Assembly: GCA_951406725.2 (NCBI GenBank)
Contig: OX597834.1
Location: 39,494,001 to 39,558,000 of the forward strand
Reading direction: 5' to 3'
Source of the DNA: Octopus vulgaris
Taxonomy: Eukaryota
DNA length: 64,000 nucleotides
Shown here: positions 42,024 to 54,835 of the stretch, piece after piece
Position numbering within the stretch: position 1 is the stretch's first letter
How the letters are laid out: each line of letters begins with the position of its first letter
Position numbers and translations under genes: made by a program
The notes under the pieces: generated by a model
Database searches by the model: none
Told to the model about the DNA's origin: nothing
What the model saw: only the letters and a program-made list of their open reading frames with translations

Positions 42024-43138
42024 ATGTAAGTATTCTTTCATGTGTGTGTGTATGTGTATATATACATGTGTATATATATATGTATATATATGTATGTGTG
42101 TGTGTTAGTATATATATGCATGTATGTATGCATGTATGTATATATATATATGTATGTATGTATATGTATGCATGTATATGTATATACGTATTATATACAC
42201 ACACGTCATTTTTTTTTAAATGGATTTTTAATTGAGGGTTTTCTTTTTAAATTGGAAAATTCTCAAACTTCTAAAGTATATTGTACAATATTTCTGTTTA
42301 AACAAACAAAACAAAACAAATAGCTAAACAAACAAATAAACAAACAAACCCCAACCTGGAATTTCTCTTTGCCGGACAAGTGTAGTTAATTAAAATTTTT
42401 CAGTAAAGATTTAATTGAAAACCGCATAAATTATAAACGAAAACGCAACTGCGGTTACGACAGATTACGAAACTCTTTGTTTTTTTTAAATGTGTATAAT
42501 TTAAATATTTAAAAAATATCTATTTAATTATTCAAGACTAATAACGAAATATTAGCGTGGATGGGTGACTGTTCGGTGTTTGGTAGTCAATAAATTGCAT
42601 TGTGTCTCGCAGCTGGAACAGAAGAAAGAAGTCTGCAACTGGGTCTTTGACAAATATTTTATTAAAATATTTTGGTTAATATATCATTTATGAAGTCAAT
42701 ATGTACAGAGGCGAGATTTAGCAGAGTGTGACATTGACTTTAAACAAACGTGTTTTTATTAGGTTGACGAAACTTTCACCAGAATGGTTTCATCAGGGAT
42801 TCAATGCTGCCGTTATTCTTCGTGCCAAACACCTTCTCACCAGTCCATTTTCTTCCTTTTTTTTTTTTTTGTTCTGAAACACAAACGCAAAGGCACATAC
42901 ACACGAATACTCACTGGTAGATATGTACACGTAGGTAGAGGACAAAGGAAAGAAAAAGGCATGCATCATTTAGTAAGAGTTACATTACATTATTTATCAT
43001 TTGAAATAGTTTGATTTGGTTCCATGCAAATTAGATACCTGAGCCCCGTGTGATAGGCTCATGTGACAAGCCTATTAAACTTTAAGTTGCATGGGGCCGA
43101 ATCAGATTGTTTAAAATAATATAATAATAATAATAATA

Positions 43139-43667
43139 TGCAGTACCAGGCATTGGCTCTCATGGTTTCTGATCTTAACTGATTGGAAGTGTTATCATGT
43201 ACATTGTTTTGTCCTGGGCTACAGCAAATATTCTGCTCAATACCACAGATTTGCTTGTCAGATGTTTGACCTTAACCAGTTGAGTATGTCCCTTAGTGGC
43301 TGACGATATGTACATCTCTGATCACGAGTAGAAGTAGTTGGGGAGCATCATAGCCATGTGTTGAGAGAAATTTTGTGGGGTTTGAATAATTCACCTCTGG
43401 GAACATGGGTGTTTCGTTCAACATCTTTAAGCAACCCTTATTCAGGGACCTTTTGAGCGGGATGGGTTACTCGACCAGAAGAAAATTCTAACTGGGCCCC
43501 ACCTGCAAGGTCATGAGCTGTTTATCTTGATATGAGATCACCATGTCGCGCACATATGGTTGTGATGCATGTGCCTGGTGTACACTTATCAGACGGGTAG
43601 TCATGATGGCTATACTGGGCTTTTACCCCAGTGTCACTTTGATGGCATGCACTGCTCTCTCATTCAA
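43139..43667 (+). mobile_element. Unclassified ~530-bp insertion bounded by (AAT)n on both sides
   Basis: (AAT)n at ~43116-43138 and ~43668-43686; no open frame; only one copy in this window. Confidence 0.4.
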
Positions 43668-43689
43668 TGATAATAATAATAATAATCAG

Positions 43690-43825
43690 ATAGATATATA
43701 GAAATACCAGGACTAACAAATATATATAGCATACAGAAAATGCACTACTAGGTACGGCACACATCCTACGTAAAACAATTTCAATACAGTAAACTACAAG
43801 AGCATCACAACAAACCACAGCACAT
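43690..43825 (+). pseudogene. R4/Dong-like LINE extreme C-terminus
   Basis: IPGLTNIYSIQK / ALLGTAHILRKTISIQ* with one frameshift; directly follows (AAT)n. Confidence 0.75.
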
Positions 43826-44075
43826 TCTGCCAGTTAGCCGCCTTATAAGAATTTTTGTTTTAATAATGATAATTAAATGGAGGGAACATCATTAAAACCG
43901 TAAATGTATGGGCTGTACACATAGGCGTAGGAGTGGCTGTGTGGTAAGTAGCTTGCTTACGAACCACACGGTTCCAGGTTCAGTCTCACCGCGTGGCAAG
44001 TGTCTTCTACTATAGCGTCGGGCCGACCAAACCCTTGGGAGTTGATTTGGTAGATGGAAACTGAAAACTTCTAGT

Positions 44076-44117
<42 letters not shown>

Positions 44118-44149
44118 ACCGATAGAATAAGTACTAGGCTTACGAAGCA

Positions 44150-44935
44150 ATACCGACCGACTCTAACTACCAAGAAGCGAAGGTGACAGAGAATCCCTAA
44201 AAACAGAAGGTACTGAGTCTGAAAGATGATTCTTTTGCAAAGTAAAGCAAGGATACTATTGGCAGCAAGATACACCCAAAAAGTAACCGAAACAACAGGA
44301 GAACTCAAAGAGAAAATGAGGAACAGGTGGATAGAAATGGAACTACATAACCAACTCATGCAACAAACCGAGAATGTCGGAAGTAAAGATCGCTGGCCCT
44401 GGTTGACGAATGGGAACCTGAAACGAGAAATAGAAACGCTTATTATATCTACTCAAGAACAAACCCTTAGATCAAACTTGATAAAGACAAAGATCAAAAC
44501 TCAGTCAAATGTAAAATCTGCAGGAAAAGGAGACGAAGGTATCGAACACTTCTTGAGCGAGTGCAGTATACTAGCGCAAAAGGAGTATAAACACAGGCAT
44601 GACTGTGTAGACAAAAGAGTGCATTGGGATGGTAGCCGAGTGTATGGCTTCGAAACGACAGAAAATTGGCCTGAACACGAACCAGAGGCTGAGATAGGAC
44701 ATGAGAATTACAAGATCTTGTGGGATTTCTCCATAAAGATTGACCTTACAACTGAAGAAAGAAGACCGGATATGATCAAAGAGAACAAAATAAACAGAAT
44801 AAGATCATAGATTTTTGCACTTCTCTATGATAATAGAAGCGATTCCTAAGAGATTGGAAGATATTGAGAAATATCAGGAACTAACCAAAGAGCTAAGGAG
44901 ACTTTGGAAGACCAAGGCAACAATAGTTCCTTGCA
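44150..44935 (+). pseudogene. R4/Dong-like non-LTR retrotransposon fragment (zinc knuckle plus restriction-like endonuclease)
   Basis: WLTNGNLKREIETLIISTQEQTL, EHFLSECSILAQKEYKHRHD, ILWDFSIKID..RRPDMI, then EKYQELTKELRRLW in another frame. Confidence 0.9.
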
Positions 44936-45380
44936 ATTGTTTTGGTCTGGTCCCAGCTTAGCCTCAATCCAGCAAACCTATAATTAAAATATTTCCTGGC
45001 GTGACCATCCCGCTTTTCCGAGAGTCTAGAATTATATCTTCTTATGGATCCTTCCTTTTCTATTAGACGACAGAATAGGATTAGCGGGAGATTCGGTTAC
45101 TATCTTTAGCATGCTGACAGCCGCACATGTAGGGGACACCCCCCCCCACTTACTCACTTATTGTTACTGCTGCTTCTGATGCTGCTGTTGTTGCAAGTGA
45201 ACCGTATTACCAATGCTCCCTTCAAACCTCCTACCCCCGCCCTACAACCTGTCCGTTCTCAACCACCCACCCGACCATCCACCCGCTATTCTTTCAAGAC
45301 TCCTCCTTGTCTCCACGCCTCCACCTCCGCCTATATGTATGCACATTGGATAGAAAACCCAGCATTAACTTCCTATGTAG

Positions 45381-45740
45381 TCATCATCATCATCACTATC
45401 ATCATCACCATCGTCATCACCGTCATCGTCATCATCGTCGCTGTCATCATCATCGTCATCATCATCATCATTTATCATCATTATCATCATTTATCATCAT
45501 CATCATCATCATCATTATCATCATTATCATCATTATCATCATCATCGTCATCATCATCATCATTTATCATCATTATCATCATTGATCATTTATCATCGTC
45601 ATCATCATCATCATCATCATCGTCGTTGTCATCGTCGTCATTTTATCATTACCACCACCATCGTCATCATCATCAGCAGCAGTAGCATCACCGATGCCAT
45701 CACCACCACCACCGCCACCAACACCATCACCATCATCAAC
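45381..45740. repeat. (CAT)n/(CGT)n array
   Basis: Directly visible. Confidence 0.9.
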
Positions 45741-46301
45741 CCCCTCCCCCGCCTCTTATTCGTACGTATCCCCTCCCCCATGAGATGTTTCTCTAATCTT
45801 TCTTCTCAAGTAACTTTACCGCGATATTAAAATTTATTATTATTATTATTATTATTATAAAAATACAGTTTCAAATCCCCTTGTCGCCCTCGCCCCCGCC
45901 CATGCACCCTTCACAATCCCATTATGTTCACACCTACCTCTTACCACCACCCTAAACACCTATATAAAATTTTCAAAAAAACTGTAAAACAACTTTAAAA
46001 CAATCATACACAACAACAACCATCATCATCGTCATCGTCGTCGTTGTTTTAATTATAATTTTTTTGTTGTTTTTGTTTTTCCCATCCTATAATAATTGTA
46101 TCTTTTAATTTTTATTGTTTTTTTTCTTTCTTTCTAAACTTTCGACGTCGTTTGTCCACATTCCAGAGAAACTCAAAACTGCTCAGTCACACATGAAATA
46201 CCTCATCGATTTCATACACACACACACACACACATACACACACACACATACATACACACACATACATACACACACATACATACACACACATACATACACA
46301 C

Positions 46302-46363
<62 letters not shown>

Positions 46364-46489
46364 ACACACACATACACATACACACATACACACACATACA
46401 CACTCATACACATACATATACACACACGCACACAAATATACACATACACACACACATATTTATAATACAAGTATACATACATATAGATG

Positions 46490-46560
<71 letters not shown>

Positions 46561-46601
46561 CATATGCGCGTGCAGACACAAGTGCTCACTAGCACGCTAA
46601 A

Positions 46602-46632
<31 letters not shown>

Positions 46633-47046
46633 TATAGACCGCTAAATGCAAACATACAGATATATACACACACACACACACACACATACACCAGCATCAC
46701 TCCGATGAAGGTCGTTATCATCTCTCCTCCACATCGCCATATTCTTCATCATCATTTTCTCTATCACCACCACCATCACCATCACCCTTGTATCATCATC
46801 GTCATCAGGATGACAGTACCGCTCATCATGATGACCACCACATCACTTTCATCGCCATTTCAGTTTCCTTTCCTTCCTTCTTCCCTTTTTTCTTTTCCTT
46901 GTTTCTTTCCCTTTTTGTTTTTAGTCTTAATTAGTTTCAAATTTGAGGAAGAAAGAAAGAGGAGGAGGAGGAGGAGGAGAGGTAAAGAGAACGAAAAAGG
47001 CGGTGTTGGTGTTGGTGGAGGAGAATAGTGCTGATGTTGGTGGTGG

Positions 47047-47077
<31 letters not shown>

Positions 47078-47279
47078 CAAAAAAAAACATGAACGACAAA
47101 GTAAAGGTTTGTGGTAGTGGTGGGAGGGATGTTTAATGTTTCTGTCGTGGTAGGAGGTGGGGGGGGCGAGAAGTTTACTTTCATGGAGGAAGAATTACAG
47201 AGATAAGGGAAACTAATTGGGGATTCTTGTGGCAACATTGTGTGTGTGTGTGCATACGTGTATGTGTGTGTGTGCATCT

Positions 47280-47330
<51 letters not shown>

Positions 47331-48561
47331 TTGAGTATGCGCATACATATAGATAGATAGGTACATACACACATACATTGGCAGAGACAGGTGGATATTT
47401 AAGCAGACACAGATAGGCAGAAAGATAGATAGATGCGTTGACTGAGAGACAGGTAGTTAGGGAAAGAGACACACGCACAGACTGCTTTAATGGAGGAAGA
47501 AATACGCAGATAAGCGAAACGAATTGGAGCATTTTATGGTAAAATTGCGTGTATATACGTGTACGTGTGTATATTACGGGTACGTGTGTATCTCTTTCTC
47601 TCTCTCTCTCTCTCAATATATGCATATGTATGTAAATATATATGTGTGTGTGTGTGTATATATTCTTTTTTACTTGTTTGTCATGTGATTGTGGTCATGC
47701 TGGAGCATCGCCTTTAGGTCGAGCAAATCAACCCCAGGACTTTTTTCTTTGTAAGACTGGTACTTATTCTCTAGGTCCCTTCTGCCGAACCGCTAAGTTA
47801 CGAGGACGTAAACACACCAACATCAGTCTCAAGCGATGGTGGCGGGGACAAACAAACACACAAAATATATATATATATATATATATAGTAGTAGTAGTAA
47901 CAGTAAAGAGGAATTTCGATTATCCCCACGTGGTGAGTTGTAATGTATATAAGAAATTAAAAAAGGAAAATACGCACACTTACACAGGTTTAATGTAATT
48001 TTTAATATATCAACCGGTTTCGCTATCGCTATTCATGATATTATGTTTTACTTGTTTGAATATGTATTTTTTCTTAAGAACTTTTGTCCATTTTGTGTGT
48101 GATGAAATTCACGAGTGAATGACTTCACAAGTAGATAAATAAAAGGGAGGTAATTGGTTATCGTTATTATTGTTATTGTTGTGGGTAACGGGGGGGGGGG
48201 GGGATATATATGTGTACAGACAAAGACAAGTTTCAAAAACCTTGTGTATATATATATATATATATATATATGACGGTTTTCTTTTCCGTTTCCGTCTACC
48301 AAATCCACTCACAAGGCTTTTGGTCGGCCCGAGGTTATAGTAAAATACACTTGCCCAAGGTGCCATGCAGTGGGACTGAACCTGGAACCATGTGGTTGGG
48401 AAGCCAGCTTCTTACCACACCGCCACGCACCCCTGCAGATATTACAAAACTGGCACTCCGTCAGTTATGACAATGGGGGGGGGTCCAGTTGATCCGCGAT
48501 CCACGAAACAGCCTGCTTGGGAGACTAATATGTGCAAGTGGCTAAGCATTCCACAAGCATT

Positions 48562-48818
48562 ACTCTTTTACTCTGTTACTTGTTTCAGTCATTTGACTGC
48601 GGCCATGCTGGAGCACCGCCTTTAGTCGAGCAAATCGACCCCGGGACTTATTCTTTGTAAGCCTAGTACTTATTCTATCGGTCTCTTTTGCCGAGGGGAC
48701 GTAAACACACCAGCATTGGTTGTCAAGCAATGCTAGACACACAAACACAGACACACAAACACAGACACATAAACACAGACACACAAACACAGACACAAAC
48801 ACATACACACACACAAAC

Positions 48819-48865
<47 letters not shown>

Positions 48866-49032
48866 TACGACAGGCTTCTTTCAGTTTCCGTCTACCAAAT
48901 CCACTCACAAGGCATTGGTCGGCCCGGGGCTATAGCAGAAGACACTTGCCCAAGATTCCACGCAGTGGGACTGAACTCGGAACCATGTGGTTCGTTAGCA
49001 AGCTACTTACCACACAGCCACTCCTGCGCCTA
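48562..49032 (-). mobile_element. SINE family B, full length
   Basis: Complete head to tail. Confidence 0.9.
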
Positions 49033-49090
49033 TGAGCCACTCCTGCGCCTATGAGCCACTCCTGCGCCTATGAGCCACTCCTGCCCCTAT
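49016..49090. repeat. 19-bp tandem repeat x4 (agccactcctgcgcctatg) at the SINE B 5' end
   Basis: Directly visible. Confidence 0.95.
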
Positions 49091-49575
49091 TGCATACTCT
49101 TTACGTATTTCAGGCATGGATCCTGTACGTTGCTTTGTAAAACTCGTCCACGCGTATCGGTTACCAGGAGCTGTTTCACAACGAAAACCAATCGTATCTA
49201 TGAAAATTCATCCGGAAACTCATAAATATCCGTCGAGTATATATTTTTAAAAACTGAGTAAATAGCAGAGATTGGACTGAGCAAACAGGTTTTATTGCAT
49301 AACACTGTAATTGTTTTCTTAACTTTACCGGCAGATAATTGCCGATATATTATTACGTAACATATAACAAATACATTAAATTTATTAGATTGCGTCTGTA
49401 TTATTTGAACAACATTAGCAAATGAAGACTCCTCAAGTATGAACGCAAAATGTTTGCTAAAATGTTTGCTAAATCATCAGTTACGATATATGTCTATGCT
49501 TTTAGCACCGCTCTTCTACGAAGGTCGGCTAGAAGGGTTCGTAGCCTGGCCAAGATTCTCCCATGGAATGTGACT

Positions 49576-49970
49576 AGGCACAGGGAGTGGCTGTGTGGTA
49601 AGTAGCTTGCTTACTAACCACATTGGTTCTGGGTTCAGTCCCACTGCGTGGCACACCTTGGGCAAGTGTCTTCTATTATAGCCTCGGGCCGACCAAAGCC
49701 TTGTGAGTGGATTTGGTAGGCGGAAACTGAAAGACGCCCGTCGTATATATGTATGTATATATATGTGTGTGTGTTTGTGTGTCTGTGTTTGTCCCCACAA
49801 CATCGCTTGAAAACCGATGCTGGTGTGTTTACGTTCCCGTAACTTAGCGGTTCGGCAAAAGAGGCCGATAGAATAAGTACTAGGCTTACAAAGAATAAGT
49901 CCTGGGGTCGATTTGCTCGACGAAAGGCGGTGCTCCAGCATGGCCGCAGTCAAATGACTGAAACAAGCAG
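49576..49970 (+). mobile_element. SINE family B, full length
   Basis: Complete head to tail. Confidence 0.9.
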
Positions 49971-50084
49971 AAGAGAGAGAGAGAGAGAGTAAATGAAGTT
50001 TATTTTTCAACATATGTCCTCCTGCGGTCCACACACTTCTTCCATTGGTGTTGCGGTGCTTGGATCCTATTGGAAGCTTTCACT

Positions 50085-50128
<44 letters not shown>

Positions 50129-51151
50129 CTCGCAACGGGCTTCTTTCAGTTTCCGTTTACCAAATCCACTCACAAAGGTTTGGTCGGCCAGAGGCTATAG
50201 TAGAATACACCAGTCCAAGTGCCATGCAGTGGGACTGAACCTGGAACCATGTGGTAGTTGCACTTGATCTCTCCACCACATACTTCTCCCACGGCCAACT
50301 CTATGTTGCTTTGCTCGCGAGTCGGAAGCAGCAACAATTTGTTCATTTGGACACCAACAAAATATTGCACAATGAATAATGTTTACGCTGAAGTACTTCA
50401 ACATTGACAGATTTCCAGTTCGAAATTCTATTATCATAACAATTTGAATACTTTCTAATAAAATATGGATGTTTTGAAATAATTATGAGAATAGATCCTT
50501 ATATTTATTGTTTACTAATCTGGATAAGAATAGCAGTAACTCGGGCAACGCTGCGCCATTCAGCTACTGGTAGCCGAAAGATTACTGAATCTTTTGACAC
50601 CCCAAACGTCAAAATCAGTAACTAAGTTTTCGAATGCTTAAGGGACATATGCGCGCACACACACACGCAAACTCTGGCTTATATAAATGTGTGTGTGTGT
50701 GTGTGTGTATGCATGTGTGTACGACGGGCTTCTTTCAGTTTCCGTCTACCAAATCCACTCCTAAGACTTTATGCGGCCCGAGGCTATAGTACTTGCGCAA
50801 AACTGCCACGCAGTGGGACTGAACCCGCAACAATATGGTTGGGAAGCAAGCTTCTTACCACACAACCATGCTTCTGGCTATATAAAAAAGAAAATATAAC
50901 GAAACATTTTCGGAGTCGTTCAAAGACGACCGTGTGGTTATGTTTGTTTGAATTTTTTTTTTTATTGAGGGTTATAAATTGATGTTCTGCATAATAATTC
51001 CAAGGGTGTGGTTATTAGTGGTCTGCCTATTAATTAATAAAATATAAAATTACCTAATATTAATTTTAATTATTAGTTTAATTTATTTATCGTTCTAATT
51101 TATGTTGTTTTATGTAATTGTGAGAAGCAAGAAATGTTAAGATATGATGGT

Positions 51152-52082
51152 TGGCGTGGCTGTGGGATAAGGCGTTCGCTTCCCAACCACATGGTTCCGG
51201 GTTCAGTCTCACTGCGTGGAACCTTGGTCAAGGCCGACCAAAGCCTTGTAAGGGGATTTGGTCGATGGAAACTGAAAAAAGCCTGTGATGTGTATGTGTG
51301 TGTGTGTGTGTGTGTTTGTATATATCTGTATGTCTTTGTGCTTGTGTTTGTATCCCCGCCACCGCTTGACAACCGGTGTTGGTTTGGTTACGTCCCCGTA
51401 ACTTAGCAGCTCGGCGAAGAGACCGATAGAATGAGTATCAGGTGTTCAAATGAGTATCAGGGCGACATGCTTAGCGATATTTCGTCTGCCGCTACGTTTT
51501 GAGTTCAAATTCCGCCGAGGTCGACTTTGTCTTTCATCCTTTCGGGGTCGATGAATTAAGTACCAGTTACGCACTGGGGTCGATCTAATCGACTTAATCC
51601 CTTTGTCTGTCCTTGTTTGTCCTCTCTGTGTTTAGCCCTTTGTGGGCAATAAAGAAATAAGAATCGTTAGCATATCGGGCCAAATGCTTTGCGGTATTTC
51701 GTCTGTCTTTATGTTCTGAGTTCAAATATCTCCGAGGTCGACTTTGCCTTTCAGCCTTTCGGGGGTTGATAAAGTAAGAACCGGTCGAATACTGGAGTCG
51801 AGGCAATCGACAGTACCCTCCCTCCGAAATTGCTGGCCTCGTGCCAAAATTTGGAGCAAATATTTAGGTCCCTGAAGGCCAGACGGATGGCAGAATCGTT
51901 AGCACACCGAGTAAAAGTGCTTAACGGTATTTCGTCCGTTTTTACATTCTCGGTTCAAATTCCACTGAGGTCGACTATGCTTCAGATTCAATTCGGGGTC
52001 GATACAATAAAAGCCAGTTGAGCAACTGGGCTCGATGTCATCAAAAAATCCCTTCACACAAAATTTCATCCATAGTAGAAAA
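51152..52082 (+). mobile_element. SINE cluster: family B (~51152-51440) then three family A units
   Basis: Family motifs repeated. Confidence 0.8.
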
Positions 52083-52482
52083 GAAAGGAGTGTTTAGGTC
52101 CATAAATTTTGCTGCTTTCCATAACGTATAAGGGACTGCGATCACGACATTCCCTTTGAACAGGACTCTAGTCATTCGCAGGGTCACTTATTCACAGCTG
52201 AGTGGAGTCAAACAATGTGAAATTAAGTATTTTGTCGAAGAACATAAAACACCGCGCAGTCATGGAATCGAAGCCACGATATTGAGAGCGCGAGTTTCGT
52301 GAGTGCTATACTCTGAGCATCAGATCATACTCCTTCACAAATACCAAACAGAATATTATTCCTGCAGACGTCAATCTGAAGCCGTTTAAGCGACCCATAA
52401 ACTAGACGTCCCTCGAAGTTTCTGTGCAAAACCCCTTTCGTCGAGACCCTACCATTAAGCAACAAGGTCAGTTAATTATCTC

Positions 52483-53040
52483 TACGAGGTCTGATCAAAA
52501 AGCATCGAGTCTGGTGCTATTAAAAGAGAGCTACAAGACGTATCGATTCAGTATTTAATCTCCTTTGATTTCATAATGTAGATATATTATCCAGTATTGA
52601 CCAACTCTGTTATGTCATGATTGGTACTCTACAGGTGCTAAAACCCTACACCCAGAGGTTAGGTGGTCCACTGTTTTCAATCCCATCGTTGCAGTATCGG
52701 CAATTTGGGTCTACTCCAGTTTTCATCATATGGCTTGATAGTTCCGGATCAATAAGCTCTGATCTTGAGCAGCCAAGATAAAGCCTTCATACAGCATCGT
52801 TTCCATTGATGGGAGTATTCCTGGAACTCCTGTTTTGGCTTAGCAAACAACCGCCTTGTTACATTCTCTTAGATTTCCTTTGACGTCTTGAAATCTGGTT
52901 CTTTTCAAGTGGGATTCATTTCAAGCTTTGGTTTCGGGATCATAGCTATACACCCACGATTTTTATCCTGTTGTGATCCTTTTCACAATCAAGGTGATCC
53001 TGCGCAACCGAAACCCGATCTTTTTGAGAAGACCACACTC
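52483..53040 (-). mobile_element. Internally deleted mariner remnant
   Basis: TA|CGAGGTCTGATCAAAA terminus; minus strand ITTG*KSWVYSYDPETK (first catalytic D region) and LKRTRFQDV..ENVTRRLFAKPKQEFQEYSHQWKR C-terminus. Confidence 0.8.
52565..52788 (-). pseudogene. R4/Dong-like fragment, near-identical to 57090-57315
   Basis: Aligns by eye; encodes EGFILAAQDQSL and CRYC. Confidence 0.85.
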
Positions 53041-53942
53041 GACACACTTTACTACCAAGCACTGCTATAAACAACGGAATGCGTCTGCTTTAGGCGCATT
53101 TTTATCCTTTTGTATATTGGCTTTGAAAAACACATCTACACCGTGTAATACCAAATGAAGCATCATTAGCAGGTATTTGAGAGATTGTAGTAAGTGGAAA
53201 CCTGTTACGAGGCAAGCGGACAGCGGGAGAAATCTTCAGAGGAGGAACTCCGTGAAACAAGTGCTTCGACCCGAGAGTTCTGGACACTAAGGGGAGCTGG
53301 GCCCTACTAGACCATGATTCATAAGTTTGTTCAACAGAACATCCACTTTTAAGTGGGAATAAATATCACCGCTCTGTATTAATACTGCCTCTCTCGCTAA
53401 TATGTATATATCTTTTAACAAGCTAACGGGTTAATCGCGACACCAGTGCCTGTTCAGGCACAGTTAATCAATATATGACTGGTGCGATATTAGTCGCTGC
53501 TATCTCTAGTGGTCGAGCGTCCATCCTTGAGGAGATCAAGGAAAGTCGAAATCATGTGATTTGGTGGTCTCGGCTCTGGAGATGAAGGGGGTTTATCTTC
53601 CCGCTAACGATATATACAAGGGTGTATTTGCACCAAAAGCCAATATAAGAGTTTCTCTTATATTGTTTTGACTCTCGGTATTACCACTGCCTCCGTCTTT
53701 GATACATATTACTTCTAAGTGTCCCACGGTTTTCGAAATGCCACCTTCAGTATAGTTTGAACTCGGAATCTTCGAAGGGTTTGATATCCCTGGCCTGTGG
53801 CATGCATCTCTCAACCACTAAGACCACCGCAAGAACTTGCACACTGTTGATATATTACAGACTGAAGTTGCATTCATTATTCCGGTAGTTAGTGTAAACT
53901 AGTAATTTTTACAGTTCTATATTTAAGAGATGAGGAATTATG

Positions 53943-54227
53943 TACATTATTTACATTTGACGGACATATGGCGTAGTGGTTAAGAGCGCGGGTCTACTAA
54001 CCCCAAGATCCCGAGTTCGATTCCTGACAGTGGCCTGAATAATAATAATAATAATGATAATAATAATAATAATGATGATGATGATATCGAAAAGTACCTT
54101 AGGAATGAGAACCCAGGTTCGAAATTTCTCCAAGACACCTGATGAAGGCTGGAGGGTATATCAGCCGAAGCGTTGTGTTAACAACAAACAAGATGAGAAC
54201 AAATATCCATCAAATGTAAATAGTGTA
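53943..54227 (+). mobile_element. tRNA-headed SINE-like element with hammerhead and inverted terminal fragment
   Basis: A box TGGCGTAGTGG (53969-53979), B box GTTCGATTCC (54015-54024), (AAT)n, hammerhead at 54134-54179; 53943-53967 is the reverse complement of 54203-54227 (22/25). Confidence 0.75.
54134..54179 (+). ncRNA. Minimal type-I hammerhead motif (GAAA mutated to GAAG)
   Basis: GACAC-CUGAUGA-A-GGCUG-loop-CAGCC-GAAG-CGUU-GUGUU. Confidence 0.65.
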
Positions 54228-54324
54228 GTAATTTTTACATCTATCTCGAAACTCCCAACATTTACACACTACATCCAGTGTAATATCAATGTCAATACAG
54301 CTCAGGTGTGACAAAAGAAAAAGT

Positions 54325-54538
54325 TACCTTCTCGAGCCATACTGACTCATAAGGGCCGGTTTCCCCACCTGAACGGGACGCTGGTCCGTCGCAGAGTTAC
54401 TATTTTTTGCCAGCTGAGTGGACTGGAGCAATGTGAAATGAAGTGTTTTGCTCAAGAACACAATGTGTTGCCCGATCCAGGAATCGAAGCCATAATCTCA
54501 CGATAATGAGTCCAACACCCTAACCACTAAGCCACGCA
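54325..54538 (-). mobile_element. SINE with family-C head and family-D-type tail
   Basis: Head is the reverse complement of 23480-23600; tail resembles 27260-27350. Confidence 0.8.
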
Positions 54539-54605
54539 CTCAGGTTTGGGGGTCATGCACCATTGCAGCGCGTTGCTGCATTTACCTTTTTGTCGGTATA
54601 TTCCT

Positions 54606-54835
54606 GGCGAGCTGGCAGAATCGTTAGCACGCCGGGCGAAATGCTTAGCGGTATTTCGTCTGCCGTTACGTTCTGAGTTCAAATTCCGCCGAGGTTGACT
54701 TTGCCTTTCATCCTTTCGAGGTCGATTAAATAAGTACCAGTTACGCACTGGGGTCGATGTAATCGACTTAATACCTATGTCTGTCCTTGTTTGTCCTCTC
54801 TGTGTTTAGCCCCTTGTGGGTAGTAAAGAAATAGG
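54606..54835 (+). mobile_element. SINE family A
   Basis: Full match. Confidence 0.9.

Noticed and set aside
42590-42618. aattgcattgtgtctcg resembling miR-92
   Set aside because: Seed differs (AUUGCAU versus AUUGCAC) and no pairing 5' arm was found.
42764-42796. Minus-strand CUGAUGA-A-ACCA-UUC-UGGU-GAAA hammerhead-like core
   Set aside because: No stem I or III; the core instead pairs with downstream GUUUCGUCA in a simple hairpin.
44226-44810. 194-aa ORF as a host gene
   Set aside because: It is a decayed R4/Dong-like retrotransposon segment with a damaged zinc knuckle and downstream frameshifts.
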